Assembly: GCA_021849295.1 (NCBI GenBank)
Contig: JAJZTA010000007.1
Span: forward strand, 64,007-128,006
Source of the DNA: Pseudomonadota bacterium
GTDB taxonomy: Bacteria; Pseudomonadota; Alphaproteobacteria; Micavibrionales; UBA2020
DNA length: 64,000 bases
Reading direction: 5' to 3'
Shown here: piece by piece, positions 47,644-56,415 of the stretch
Layout: the number at the start of each line of letters is the position of its first letter
How positions within the stretch are numbered: the first letter of the stretch is position 1
Notes under the pieces: generated by a model
Databases searched by the model: none
Seen by the model: the letters and a program-made list of their open reading frames with translations, nothing else
Told to the model about the DNA's origin: nothing
Made by a program: the position numbers and the translations under genes

Positions 47644-47844
47644 GGGTCGCCCCTTTCTTTGCCGTATTCTGAATAAGTATTATGTTTAAGAAGATACGGT
47701 GTGGAGACTAGCCGTTTTTTATCTTATGTCAACACATATTTGCGATTCCCCGCGCGCCGCCGCGCCGGCCAAAAGCCCGAAAACCCCCTGCCAAATCCAT
47801 TGTTTTCATATGGTTACAGGAATTAACTTTTTTTTAATAAATGC

Positions 47845-47873
47845 TTGAATTTTTGTAATATTTCAATTATAGT
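47845..47873 (+). promoter_or_regulatory. sigma70-like promoter TTGAAT-17 nt-TATAGT upstream of cdnL
   Basis: Hexamers at 47845-47850 and 47868-47873 in an AT-rich region. Confidence 0.45.
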
Positions 47874-47953
47874 CATGACAGGTATAAGTTTGCCCGCCAA
47901 AGAGCGGGATATCCCCGGCACTATGGGAGAAATAGCTTTTATCTAAATGAAAT

Positions 47954-47969
47954 TGCAGAAATTTCTGCA
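47954..47969 (+). promoter_or_regulatory. perfect 16-bp palindrome TGCAGAAATTTCTGCA in the cdnL leader
   Basis: Lies directly upstream of the AGGAAAGAGG RBS and the ATG at 47986. Confidence 0.6.
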
Positions 47970-47985
47970 CAGGAAAGAGGTTACG

Positions 47986-48726
47986 ATGGCAAAAGCAGCA
48001 AAGGCAAAAGCAGTCAAGAAAATAAGCAAGGCTGCTTCGGTTAAAGCTTCGTCTTCAAAGAAGGCGGCAACGTCCGTGAAAGGCACTGTCAAAAGTGGCA
48101 AATCGGCCGTCACCCTCGGTGCCGAAAATAAAAAGGCGGTGAAGACGCCCGCCAAGGCGGAAAAAGCTCCCCGCCAGAAAACGGCTCCGAAAGCCGTAGA
48201 GACGATGGAGGTCGTTGTGGAAAAGAAAGTTGAGAAGCTCGACTTCGTCGCGGGGGATTTTGTCGTTTATCCGGCGCACGGCGTCGGTCAGGTCGAGGGC
48301 GTCGAAGAGCAGACGATCGCCGGCCTGTCCATTACCCTTTACACCATTTGTTTCGAAAAAGACCGCATGCGCCTCAAGCTGCCGGTCACCAAGGTCAAGG
48401 CCTCGGGTTTGCGCAAATTGTCCTCCAAGGACCGCCTGAAAGACGCGCTGTCCACGCTGCAGGGCCGCTCGCAGGTGCGCCGCATTATGTGGAGCCGCCG
48501 CGCGCAGGAATATGAAGCAAAAATCAACTCCGGCGATCCGGTCTCCATCGCGGAAGTCCTCCGCGATCTGAAAAAGGCCGACGATCAGGGCGAGCAGTCC
48601 TACAGCGAACGCCAGATTTATCAGGCCGCGCTGGCCCGTCTGGCCCGCGAAGTCGCCGCGATCGAGAAGATCGACGAGAAAAAGGCCGCCGAAAAGCTCG
48701 AAGCCGTCCTCGGCAACGTCGCCTAA
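47986..48726 (+). CDS. cdnL: CarD/CdnL-family transcription regulator with Lys/Ala-rich N-terminal extension
   Basis: 'FVAGDFVVYPAHGVGQVEGVEE' CarD_CdnL_TRCF domain. The first ~85 aa are Lys/Ala/Ser-rich. Confidence 0.85.
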   Translation: MAKAAKAKAVKKISKAASVKASSSKKAATSVKGTVKSGKSAVTLGAENKKAVKTPAKAEKAPRQKTAPKAVETMEVVVEKKVEKLDFVAGDFVVYPAHGVGQVEGVEEQTIAGLSITLYTICFEKDRMRLKLPVTKVKASGLRKLSSKDRLKDALSTLQGRSQVRRIMWSRRAQEYEAKINSGDPVSIAEVLRDLKKADDQGEQSYSERQIYQAALARLAREVAAIEKIDEKKAAEKLEAVLGNVA

Positions 48727-48768
48727 ACCCGTTTTCACTTTCCCCTGAAATGTGCTAAAACCGTCTTT

Positions 48769-49614
48769 ATGAGACGGTTCGGTCGATCTTTTTGTTTTTT
48801 GCTGACGATAACGGCGCTGGCGGAGGTTCTGCCGGCGGCGGCACTGGCTGCACCGGCGAAGCCGAAAGCCGCGGACAGTACGGTCGTGCTCGGCAACGGC
48901 ACGGTGGCCAGTGTCCCGAACGGCAATCTGATCGTGATGGACAACGACTGGCGCTACCGGCTGGATAACATCCTCGTTCCTTCCTATGAACAGCAGAAAG
49001 CCGCCGCGCTGCTGAAAAAGGAGTTCCTCGGCCAACACGTGACGCTCTACGGCTATGCGCAGCCGCCGGGCCAGACGCCCGTGACCACGGACAAAAGCGG
49101 CGCGACCTACGCGCAGGTCGTCGCGGACAACGGCGTTTGGGCGCAGGCGCTTCTGGTGACGAAGGGCCTTGCGCAGGCCTACGTCTCTCCGTCCGGCAAC
49201 GACCGGCTGCCCGACCTGTTGCGTCTGGAGGCGAAGGCGCGCGCGGCGAAACTGGGGCTCTGGGCGTTCAACAACAACGCGGTCAGGTCGCCCGTCGAGG
49301 CCGGAAGCTATCTCGGCACCTACCAGATCGTGCAGGGCAAGATCGTCGCCGTTGTCCCCGCCAAGGGCGTGGACAACGGCATATACTTCAATTTCAGCAA
49401 GGACTGGAAGCACGGTTTCTCCGTCTTTCTGCCGTCCAATTTCACGGGCTGGTACAAGCCGCCCGATCCCCGCGCCGTCAGGTACGGGAACGCCATGCTG
49501 TGGCAGGGCCGCACGGTGATGGTGCGCGGCTGGATCGACGAGGCAAACGGCAAGCCGATCATCAAAGTAACACAAAAAGAACAAATGGATGTTGTCCCGC
49601 AAAGCGAACAATAG
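48769..49614 (+). CDS. secreted staphylococcal-nuclease (SNase)-like protein, paralogue 1
   Basis: Signal peptide. SNase-like pattern 'YRLDNILVPSYE', 'ALLVTKGLAQAY', 'EAKARAAKLGLWA', plus a ~110-aa C-terminal domain. Confidence 0.65.
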   Translation: MRRFGRSFCFLLTITALAEVLPAAALAAPAKPKAADSTVVLGNGTVASVPNGNLIVMDNDWRYRLDNILVPSYEQQKAAALLKKEFLGQHVTLYGYAQPPGQTPVTTDKSGATYAQVVADNGVWAQALLVTKGLAQAYVSPSGNDRLPDLLRLEAKARAAKLGLWAFNNNAVRSPVEAGSYLGTYQIVQGKIVAVVPAKGVDNGIYFNFSKDWKHGFSVFLPSNFTGWYKPPDPRAVRYGNAMLWQGRTVMVRGWIDEANGKPIIKVTQKEQMDVVPQSEQ

Positions 49615-49709
49615 CACGGTGTTTTATCCGTGCGTCCGGACGGCGTTGGGCGTAGATCCGCAGTGGATTTACGGCGCGTTTGTATGCGGAATAAGGGAGT
49701 GATGAGGGT

Positions 49710-50549
49710 ATGACGCGTTTCGTTCAGGTCGTTTGTCTGTTGGTTTGTCTTTCTCTGGCGATGTCGGCGCCTGCCTTCGCCCTGGCGAAGCGGCAGGCAG
49801 CGGCGGCAGGCGGGCCTCCGTCCAGGCATGACTGGAAAAAAATGACCATCGTCGATCAGGGCAAGGTCAAGGCGTTTTTGCGCGGCGACCTGATCATGCT
49901 GGACAACTACAGGCGCTACCGTCTGGTCAACATCCTCATTCCGCCTTATGAGGATCCGCGCGCCGCCGAAGCGCTGCGCGAGAAGTTTCTCGGCGACTAC
50001 GTGACGGTCTACGCCTATCCGCAGGACAACGGGGCGTGGGCGACGGACAAACAGGGCCTTCCGCTCGTCCATGTGGTGACGCAGCAAGGCGCCTGGCTTC
50101 AGCAGTTCCTCGTCAGGAACGGCCTTGCCCACGCATACAATTCCTATGCGGGCAACGCGCTGCTGCCGCAGCTCATGTACGCGGAAAACCAGGCGGCCGA
50201 GGCGCACGCGGGGCTTTGGCAAGGCACCGCCAACGGGATCAAGGCGCCCGATCAGGCGGGGGACTACGTCGGCAGCTACGAGATTGTGGAAGGCAGGATC
50301 ATGAGCGTGCGCTACTCCAATTCGGGCGGCGGCATCTTCTTCAATTTCGGCACAAACGTCCTGACATGCTTTTCCGCCATTCTGCCGGATGAATTCCTGA
50401 TGTGGTACACGGAAGGCGACCGGCGCTATGCGGTGCGCACCTCGGACTGGACGGGCCGCAACGTGCAGCTGCGCGGCTGGATCGTGGAAGAAAACCACAA
50501 GCCCGTCATGCACATTACAAACAAAGACCAGATCAATGTTCTCCCGTAA
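49710..50549 (+). CDS. secreted SNase-like protein, paralogue 2
   Basis: Collinear with paralogue 1: 'YRLVNILIPPYE', 'FLVRNGLAHAY', 'AAEAHAGLWQ'. Confidence 0.65.
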   Translation: MTRFVQVVCLLVCLSLAMSAPAFALAKRQAAAAGGPPSRHDWKKMTIVDQGKVKAFLRGDLIMLDNYRRYRLVNILIPPYEDPRAAEALREKFLGDYVTVYAYPQDNGAWATDKQGLPLVHVVTQQGAWLQQFLVRNGLAHAYNSYAGNALLPQLMYAENQAAEAHAGLWQGTANGIKAPDQAGDYVGSYEIVEGRIMSVRYSNSGGGIFFNFGTNVLTCFSAILPDEFLMWYTEGDRRYAVRTSDWTGRNVQLRGWIVEENHKPVMHITNKDQINVLP

Positions 50550-51534
50550 GGCGGACAGCGAATCCGCGCCTGCGGCCGCGCCGCTCTATCCGCCGGTCGT
50601 CGCGTTCGACACGGGCCGCCTGAAGGTGGACGGTCTGCACACGCTCTATTACGAACAGTCCGGCAATCCCGAAGGCGCGCCCGTCGTCTTTCTGCACGGC
50701 GGGCCGGGCGCGGGCGCGCAGGACAAGCACCGACAGTTTTTCGATCCCAAGCATTACCGCATCGTCATCTTCGACCAGCGCGGCGCGGGACGCTCGAAGC
50801 CGCACGGCGAACTTAAAAACAACACGACGGCGCATCTGGTCGCCGACATGGAGCGCTTGCGCGAACATCTCGGCATCGCGCGCTGGCATCTGTTCGGCGG
50901 CTCGTGGGGGTCGACGCTCGCGCTCGCCTATGCCATCGCGCATCCGGAGCGCGTGCTGAGCATGACCCTGCGCGGCATCTTCCTGATGCGGCAGAGGGAG
51001 ATCGATTACTTCCTCCACGGCATGCGCAACATCTTCCCCGAAGCGTGGGAGGCGTTCGTCTCGCCGCTCGACGATTCCGAGCGCGAGGACCTTCTGTCGT
51101 CCTACTACAAACGGCTGACGCACGCGGATGAAAAAATCCGTCTGGCCGCGGCGGAGAAATGGAGCGGCTATGAAAGCGCCTGCCTGCGCCTGATTCCGGA
51201 ACCTTACGATCCCGCGCTGGCGGTGCAGACGCCCGAGGCCGCGGCCTACACGCTTTCGATCGCGCGGCTGGAATGCCACTATTTTATCCACAGCCGCTTC
51301 GAGCCCGATGATTATTTATTGAAGAATATCGAGCGCATCCGTCATATTCCTTGCGTGATCGTTCAGGGGCGTTATGACATCGTATGCCCGCCCGTGACGG
51401 CCTACGACCTGCACAAGGCGTGGCCGGAGGCGAAGTTCGTTATCGTGCCCGACGCCGGACATTCCTCCTCCGAGCCGGGAACGGTGCGCGAACTTGTGGC
51501 GGCGACCGACGGTTTCCGTACAATAAAGTCGTAA
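50536..51534 (+). CDS. pip: prolyl aminopeptidase (proline iminopeptidase, S33)
   Basis: 'VVFLHGGPGAG', 'GGSWGSTLAL', 'DAGHS'. Starts at the in-frame ATG 50536, overlapping the previous gene by 14 nt. Confidence 0.9.
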   Translation: MFSRKADSESAPAAAPLYPPVVAFDTGRLKVDGLHTLYYEQSGNPEGAPVVFLHGGPGAGAQDKHRQFFDPKHYRIVIFDQRGAGRSKPHGELKNNTTAHLVADMERLREHLGIARWHLFGGSWGSTLALAYAIAHPERVLSMTLRGIFLMRQREIDYFLHGMRNIFPEAWEAFVSPLDDSEREDLLSSYYKRLTHADEKIRLAAAEKWSGYESACLRLIPEPYDPALAVQTPEAAAYTLSIARLECHYFIHSRFEPDDYLLKNIERIRHIPCVIVQGRYDIVCPPVTAYDLHKAWPEAKFVIVPDAGHSSSEPGTVRELVAATDGFRTIKS

Positions 51535-51637
51535 TGGCAAAGCATAACTTAAACTCATAATTTTCCTTGCCTCGAGAGAGGTCAGGCTCCATAGTAATCA
51601 TTAAGATATCCCTAATTTTTTCTGGAGCCCGTTTCCC

Positions 51638-52612
51638 GTGAACACCAGGATCAAGTCATTCGCCGCCGGAGCTTCGCTATTGTTGTTATGTACAGCAAGC
51701 ACAGTCGCGCTGGCAGACGGCATGCCGTACGGTTTCATCCAGCCGCCCGCGCCGCACATCATTCCCGACACGCCGGACAACACCGGCGCCGTCAACACCA
51801 CCGACACGGTGAGAGAACGGGTCTCGGGCACCGCGCAAGCGCAAACGCAATTGCCCAAGCCGCTGCCGCCGCAACCGCGCGGGAGCGTCATCGAGGTGCA
51901 GCCCAACACGTCGTTCTTCGGCCTCAGCGTCGGCGAATACGATCCGTTCCGCCACGGTGACCGCGCGACGTCCTTCAATGCGGAGCTGCAGCCGGGCCTC
52001 AGGGTGCTCGGCGTGCTGCAGCCGCTGTTCGGCGCGATGGCGACGACCAAGGGCTCGGCGATGGCCTATGCCGGCCTCGGCGTTCCGTTCCACATCACCC
52101 GCCACGTGTTCCTGATGCCGTCGGTCGGTCTCGGCATCTACAGGGCGGGCGGCGGCTATGACCTGAACCGCACGTTCGTCGGGCGTTTCGGCGCGGAGCT
52201 GGCCTACCAGTTCGACAACAAGAGCCGCCTCGGCCTGAACTTCGACGTCATCACCAACGGCCGCTCGACGGCCGCGCGTGACCGCACGGAAATGCTGGCG
52301 CTGACCTACACGCAGCCTTTCAACCTTTTCTCCGGCGAAAGCCGCAACGACATGGCCGCGCCGCAAACCTATAATGCGCCCGTACAACAGGCCGCGCCCG
52401 CGCAAGCGGAGCCGACCGCGCCCGTGACGACGCAGACGATCACCCCCGCCGATCTCGCGCCCGCGCAGGCGTCTGCGCCGACCGCGCTTGCGCCCGCACC
52501 GGCACCCGCCGCCGCGCCCGCAAAGACTTCACCTTCCAACTCATCGGCGTTCCCCGATGCGGTGCCGTCGTCTTTAACTCCTGCAGAAGAGAACACAAAT
52601 GCCTTCCCCTAA
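51638..52612 (+). CDS. PagL/acyloxyacyl-hydrolase-like outer-membrane protein with Pro/Ala-rich tail
   Basis: Signal peptide. '[13 protein letters not shown]...[27 protein letters not shown]...LALTYTQPF' resembles the PagL beta-barrel, but 'VITN' sits where H-x-S-N is expected. Confidence 0.45.
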   Translation: MNTRIKSFAAGASLLLLCTASTVALADGMPYGFIQPPAPHIIPDTPDNTGAVNTTDTVRERVSGTAQAQTQLPKPLPPQPRGSVIEVQPNTSFFGLSVGEYDPFRHGDRATSFNAELQPGLRVLGVLQPLFGAMATTKGSAMAYAGLGVPFHITRHVFLMPSVGLGIYRAGGGYDLNRTFVGRFGAELAYQFDNKSRLGLNFDVITNGRSTAARDRTEMLALTYTQPFNLFSGESRNDMAAPQTYNAPVQQAAPAQAEPTAPVTTQTITPADLAPAQASAPTALAPAPAPAAAPAKTSPSNSSAFPDAVPSSLTPAEENTNAFP

Positions 52613-53810
52613 AACACTCGACAGCCTGTCCTGCAAGGACAAGGTCGTTTTGCTGCGCGCCGATCTCAACGTGCCGATGCAAGACGGCGCGGTCACCGAC
52701 ATGACGCGCATCACCCGCCTTGTTCCCACCATCCGCGAGCTTTCAGGCAAGGGCGCGAAGATCGTCCTGCTCTCGCACTTCGGCCGCCCGAGGGGCAAGA
52801 AGGACCCGGCCTTTTCGCTCGCGCCCGTCGGCGCGGCGGTCAGCGACGCGCTGGAAAAGCCGGTGGCCTTCGCCGAAGACTGCGTCGGCGACGTTCCCAA
52901 GGCCGCCATCGCCAAGATGAAGGCGGGCGACGTGCTGCTGCTCGAAAACGTGCGTTTTTATCCTGAAGAGGAAAAGGACGACCTCGGCTTCGCCAAACAA
53001 ATCGCCGCGCTCGGCGACGTGTATGTCAACGACGCGTTCTCCGCCGCGCACCGCGCCCACGCGACGACGCACGCGCTGGCGAAACTGCTGCCCGCCTACG
53101 CGGGGCGGCTGATGGAAGCCGAGCTGTCCGCGCTCTCCAAGGCGCTTGAAAATCCGGAGCGTCCGGTCGTGGCGCTGGTCGGCGGCGCGAAGATTTCCAC
53201 CAAGCTCGATCTGCTGAACAACCTCGTCACCAAAATCGACGTGCTGGTGCTGGGCGGCGGCATGGCCAACACCTTTTTGAACGCGCTCGGCACGAGCGTC
53301 GGCAAATCGCTGTGCGAGAAGGACATGGCGGTACAGGCGCTCGACATCGTGCTGGCGGCGCGGGAACACGATTGCAAAATCTGCCTGCCGATCGACGGCG
53401 TGGTGGCGAAGGAATTCAAGGCGGGCGCTTCATCAGAAACCGTCGGCCTCGACGGCATCCCCGCCGACGGCATGATGCTCGACATCGGCAAAGGCTCGGT
53501 CGCGGTGATCGCCGACCAGCTGCGCATGGCGAAAACGGTGCTGTGGAACGGCCCGCTCGGCGCGTTCGAAATCGCGCCGTTCGATGCGGGCACGACCGCG
53601 CTGGCGAAAATCGTCGCCGAGCTGACGGCGCAAGGCAAGCTCGTCAGCGTCGCGGGCGGGGGCGATACCGTCGCCGCGCTGGCCCACGCGGGCGTGGAGG
53701 ACAAGCTGACCTACGTTTCGACGGCGGGCGGCGCGTTCCTCGAATGGCTCGAAGGCAAAGACCTGCCGGGCGTGCGCGCGCTCAAAGAGAGCGTCGCCAA
53801 GTGCGCCTGA
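52599..53810 (+). CDS. pgk: phosphoglycerate kinase
   Basis: 403 aa with '[10 protein letters not shown]', 'SHFGRP', 'GGGDT'. Confidence 0.97.
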   Translation: MPSPKTLDSLSCKDKVVLLRADLNVPMQDGAVTDMTRITRLVPTIRELSGKGAKIVLLSHFGRPRGKKDPAFSLAPVGAAVSDALEKPVAFAEDCVGDVPKAAIAKMKAGDVLLLENVRFYPEEEKDDLGFAKQIAALGDVYVNDAFSAAHRAHATTHALAKLLPAYAGRLMEAELSALSKALENPERPVVALVGGAKISTKLDLLNNLVTKIDVLVLGGGMANTFLNALGTSVGKSLCEKDMAVQALDIVLAAREHDCKICLPIDGVVAKEFKAGASSETVGLDGIPADGMMLDIGKGSVAVIADQLRMAKTVLWNGPLGAFEIAPFDAGTTALAKIVAELTAQGKLVSVAGGGDTVAALAHAGVEDKLTYVSTAGGAFLEWLEGKDLPGVRALKESVAKCA

Positions 53811-53845
53811 AAGGCGCCTCAGCTATCAAGTGCGCCTAAGAGCGG

Positions 53846-54181
53846 TTACGGCTTAACATTGCCGTAGCGGCCGTAGAAATATCCCAAAGCCCTGACGGTT
53901 TCCGCGGCGGTTGCCGGCTGCGATATGCCGCGGTTGTCTTGCTTGATATAGAACTCGCCGCGCTCGTGGGCGAGGTAGAGGCTGCGGTTTTTGTCCTTCA
54001 CGCTGATGATGGTGATTTCGAGTGCGTCGCCGTGCTGGGCGTCGCAGACGTTGAAGGCTTCCTTGTCCGCGAATTTGTCGGCGACATCGTTCCAGATCTC
54101 GCGCAGCGAGGGAAACTTCGGCTTGTCGGCGCAGTCCTGTTCGGCGGCCTGATCGAAAATGGCGGTGAATTTCTCATCCAT
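53846..54181 (-). CDS. hypothetical protein
   Basis: 111 aa from the in-frame ATG at 54179-54181. No family recognised. Confidence 0.45.
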   Translation of the reverse strand: MDEKFTAIFDQAAEQDCADKPKFPSLREIWNDVADKFADKEAFNVCDAQHGDALEITIISVKDKNRSLYLAHERGEFYIKQDNRGISQPATAAETVRALGYFYGRYGNVKP

Positions 54182-54289
54182 GAACGGACTCCGTTTGTTA
54201 AATTCATTTTGCGGAAACATACTACGAATAATGTATTCCGGAAAATAAAGCCTGCGGAAATGCACATAAAATATTGATATATATTGTTT

Positions 54290-54922
54290 TTATTTTTGCG
54301 CGATATGCGCAGCAGACTGTGTCGACGGCCGGTTCCACCACAGGGCGAGGGCGATCCAGACGAGGCCCGTGCCGAGCTCCAGCGCGGCGCAGGCGATCAC
54401 GCCGGTCATGAATATCTCCGGCCATTCGCCCAGCGGCTGCACCGGCCAGTGGTACAGCGTGAAGAGCGTCGCGGCGAACAGCATGGCGCGCCGCGCGCCG
54501 AATCTCTGCCGCAGGGAAAGATAGACCAGCCCGCGAAAACAGGTCTCCTCGGAGAGCGCGACCGCCACGGTCGTCGCCCAGCCGATAAACAGCTCCGCGT
54601 TTGAAAAATCGAAAACGCGCGGGCGGGCGGCGTAATAGGCGCTCCATCCGGCGATGGCCAGCGCCAGAAGCGCGAGCCCGCGCCGCGTATAGCCCTTGTG
54701 CCATCCCCACCGCCGAAAGCCGCCGTTGCGCCGGATCACCGCGACTCAGGCCAGAAAACTCAAAGCCCGCGGCAAGGTCATCCAGAGGTCGTATTTCTGC
54801 CACACTCAGCCCAGACTGTCGGAGAGAAGCAGCATAAGGCTGCGCGCCAGCATGTAGGCAATAGCAATGCCGATCGCGAGCCAGAAGGTGTTTTTACAGG
54901 GCGGGGCTTCCGGTGTGTTCAT
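54290..54922 (-). pseudogene. CPBP-family intramembrane protease (CAAX/Abi-like) with two in-frame TGA codons
   Basis: A single frame from ATG 54920-54922 ('MNTPEAPPCKNTFWLAIGIAIAYML...') passes TGA at 54806-54808 and TGA at 54746-54748, then enters track ORF 54290-54739, which carries 'SEETCFRG' and 'FTLYH' CPBP motifs. Confidence 0.7.
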
Positions 54923-54941
54923 GGGAAAACGCCGCCGTTCC

Positions 54942-55673
54942 TCAGGATTTGTCGAACTTCTTCGCCATCGCGATGACCAGTTCCGTCGCGGCGGCGAGTT
55001 TTTCCCCGTCGGTGGAGCGCAGGACGATGTTGACATGCGGGTTGGCCCTGCCCATCGCGGGGTAGCTGCCGATTTCGACGTCGGGATAGCGGTCTTGAAT
55101 GTCGCCGAGCGCGTCGGCGATCTCGCTTTCCAGCAGCCGGCCGCCGACGGTGCGGCTGAGCACCGGTTTGCCTTTGGCCAGTTCCGGCTCGAGCGAGAGG
55201 AACATCGCCTGCATGATGTCCGGTATGCCCGCCATCACGTAGACGTTTTTGATTTTGAAGCCGGGCGCGGCGGAGACGGAATTTTCGATCAGCGCCGCGC
55301 CTTGGGGGATGCGCGCCATGCGCAGGCGGCCCTCGGTCATCTCCGCGCCCTTGGCGTCGTAGTAGGCCTGCATCAGGGCTTTGGCTTCCGCGTTGATCTC
55401 GAGCTTCGCGTCGAAGGCCTTGGCCATGCAGGCGGCGGTGATGTCGTCGTGCGTCGGGCCGATGCCGCCGGTGGTGAAGACATAGGTATAGGCGGAGGCG
55501 AGCGCGCGCACGGCGGCAACGACGGCGGCCTCGTCGTCCGGCACGACGCGCACCTCGCGCAGCTTGATGCCGCGCGCCGACAAACGCTCCGCGATGAACT
55601 GCGTGTTCACGTCCTGCGTGCGTCCGGAGAGGATCTCGTTGCCGATGATCAGGATGGCGGCGGTGACACTCAT
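54942..55673 (-). CDS. CinA-like molybdopterin-binding domain protein
   Basis: 'AILIIGNEILSGRTQDVN' and 'TTGGIGPTHDDIT' motifs. 243 aa. Confidence 0.85.
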   Translation of the reverse strand: MSVTAAILIIGNEILSGRTQDVNTQFIAERLSARGIKLREVRVVPDDEAAVVAAVRALASAYTYVFTTGGIGPTHDDITAACMAKAFDAKLEINAEAKALMQAYYDAKGAEMTEGRLRMARIPQGAALIENSVSAAPGFKIKNVYVMAGIPDIMQAMFLSLEPELAKGKPVLSRTVGGRLLESEIADALGDIQDRYPDVEIGSYPAMGRANPHVNIVLRSTDGEKLAAATELVIAMAKKFDKS

Positions 55674-55683
55674 TCCGCGGCGC

Positions 55684-56415
55684 TCATTTGCGGGCGGCGA
55701 CGAAGCGCAGGTACGGCGACCAGGAAAGGAATTTTTTCACGACCTTCAGCCCGTGGCGGGCGAGCAGCGCCTCCATGCCCTTTTTGGAGGGATAGCAGAA
55801 ATTCAGCGGCGGCTCGACGAAGCTCCAGCGCGGGAAGTGGGCGGGCAGGCGCATGTGGTTGCCGTCCGGCTCCTGAATGTAGATCCTGCCGCCGGGCTTG
55901 AGCATTTTGACCAGCGCCGCCGTGAAGCCCTCGAGGTCGGGCTGCTCGCAAAAGCCCTCGGTGACGTAAATCATGTCCGCCTGATCGCCTCTGGCGGCGG
56001 CGTTTTGCGCGGTGATATGCTCGACGAGATGCGGCTCGTACTTGTCGCGCGCGAAGACGGCGAAGAATTCGTGCGCGTCGATGCCCTTGGCCTGAAAGCC
56101 GAGATTGCGCGCCGCGAGAACGGCGTAGCCCTGCCGCGCGCAGGCGTCGATAAAGGTTTTGCCCGTGCCGTCGGGGATGGCTTTTTTGATCGCCTGCTGG
56201 TGGCTGTAGATGCGGCCCTGCGGGTTGGGCACGTGGACGATCTCCGGCTGGATCTCGCCGAAGAAATTGTCGAGGTCCTCTTCGGTCGGCCACGGGTTCG
56301 CGATGATCGAGCCGCAGGGCTTGCAGGCGAACAGGCTATAGCCGTTCTTGCTCCCCATCGATAGGCTGTCGAAGGGTTCATGGCAGAACGGGCATTTTCC
56401 GGGCAGATCCGTCAT
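55684..56415 (-). CDS. class I SAM-dependent methyltransferase with N-terminal zinc-ribbon-like Cys pairs
   Basis: 'CPFCHEPF...CKPCGS' followed by a Rossmann-like core ('FIDACARQGY', 'LKPGGRIYI'). Confidence 0.7.
   Translation of the reverse strand: MTDLPGKCPFCHEPFDSLSMGSKNGYSLFACKPCGSIIANPWPTEEDLDNFFGEIQPEIVHVPNPQGRIYSHQQAIKKAIPDGTGKTFIDACARQGYAVLAARNLGFQAKGIDAHEFFAVFARDKYEPHLVEHITAQNAAARGDQADMIYVTEGFCEQPDLEGFTAALVKMLKPGGRIYIQEPDGNHMRLPAHFPRWSFVEPPLNFCYPSKKGMEALLARHGLKVVKKFLSWSPYLRFVAARK

Noticed and set aside
54746-54808. In-frame TGA codons in the CPBP gene (and the TGA in the BI-1 gene) as selenocysteine or TGA-to-Trp recoding.
   Set aside because: Many clearly complete genes here terminate with TGA, including the ATGA-coupled junctions. 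The BI-1 gene also contains TAA and TAG, and I saw no SECIS-like hairpin directly downstream. Pseudogenisation is the simpler reading.
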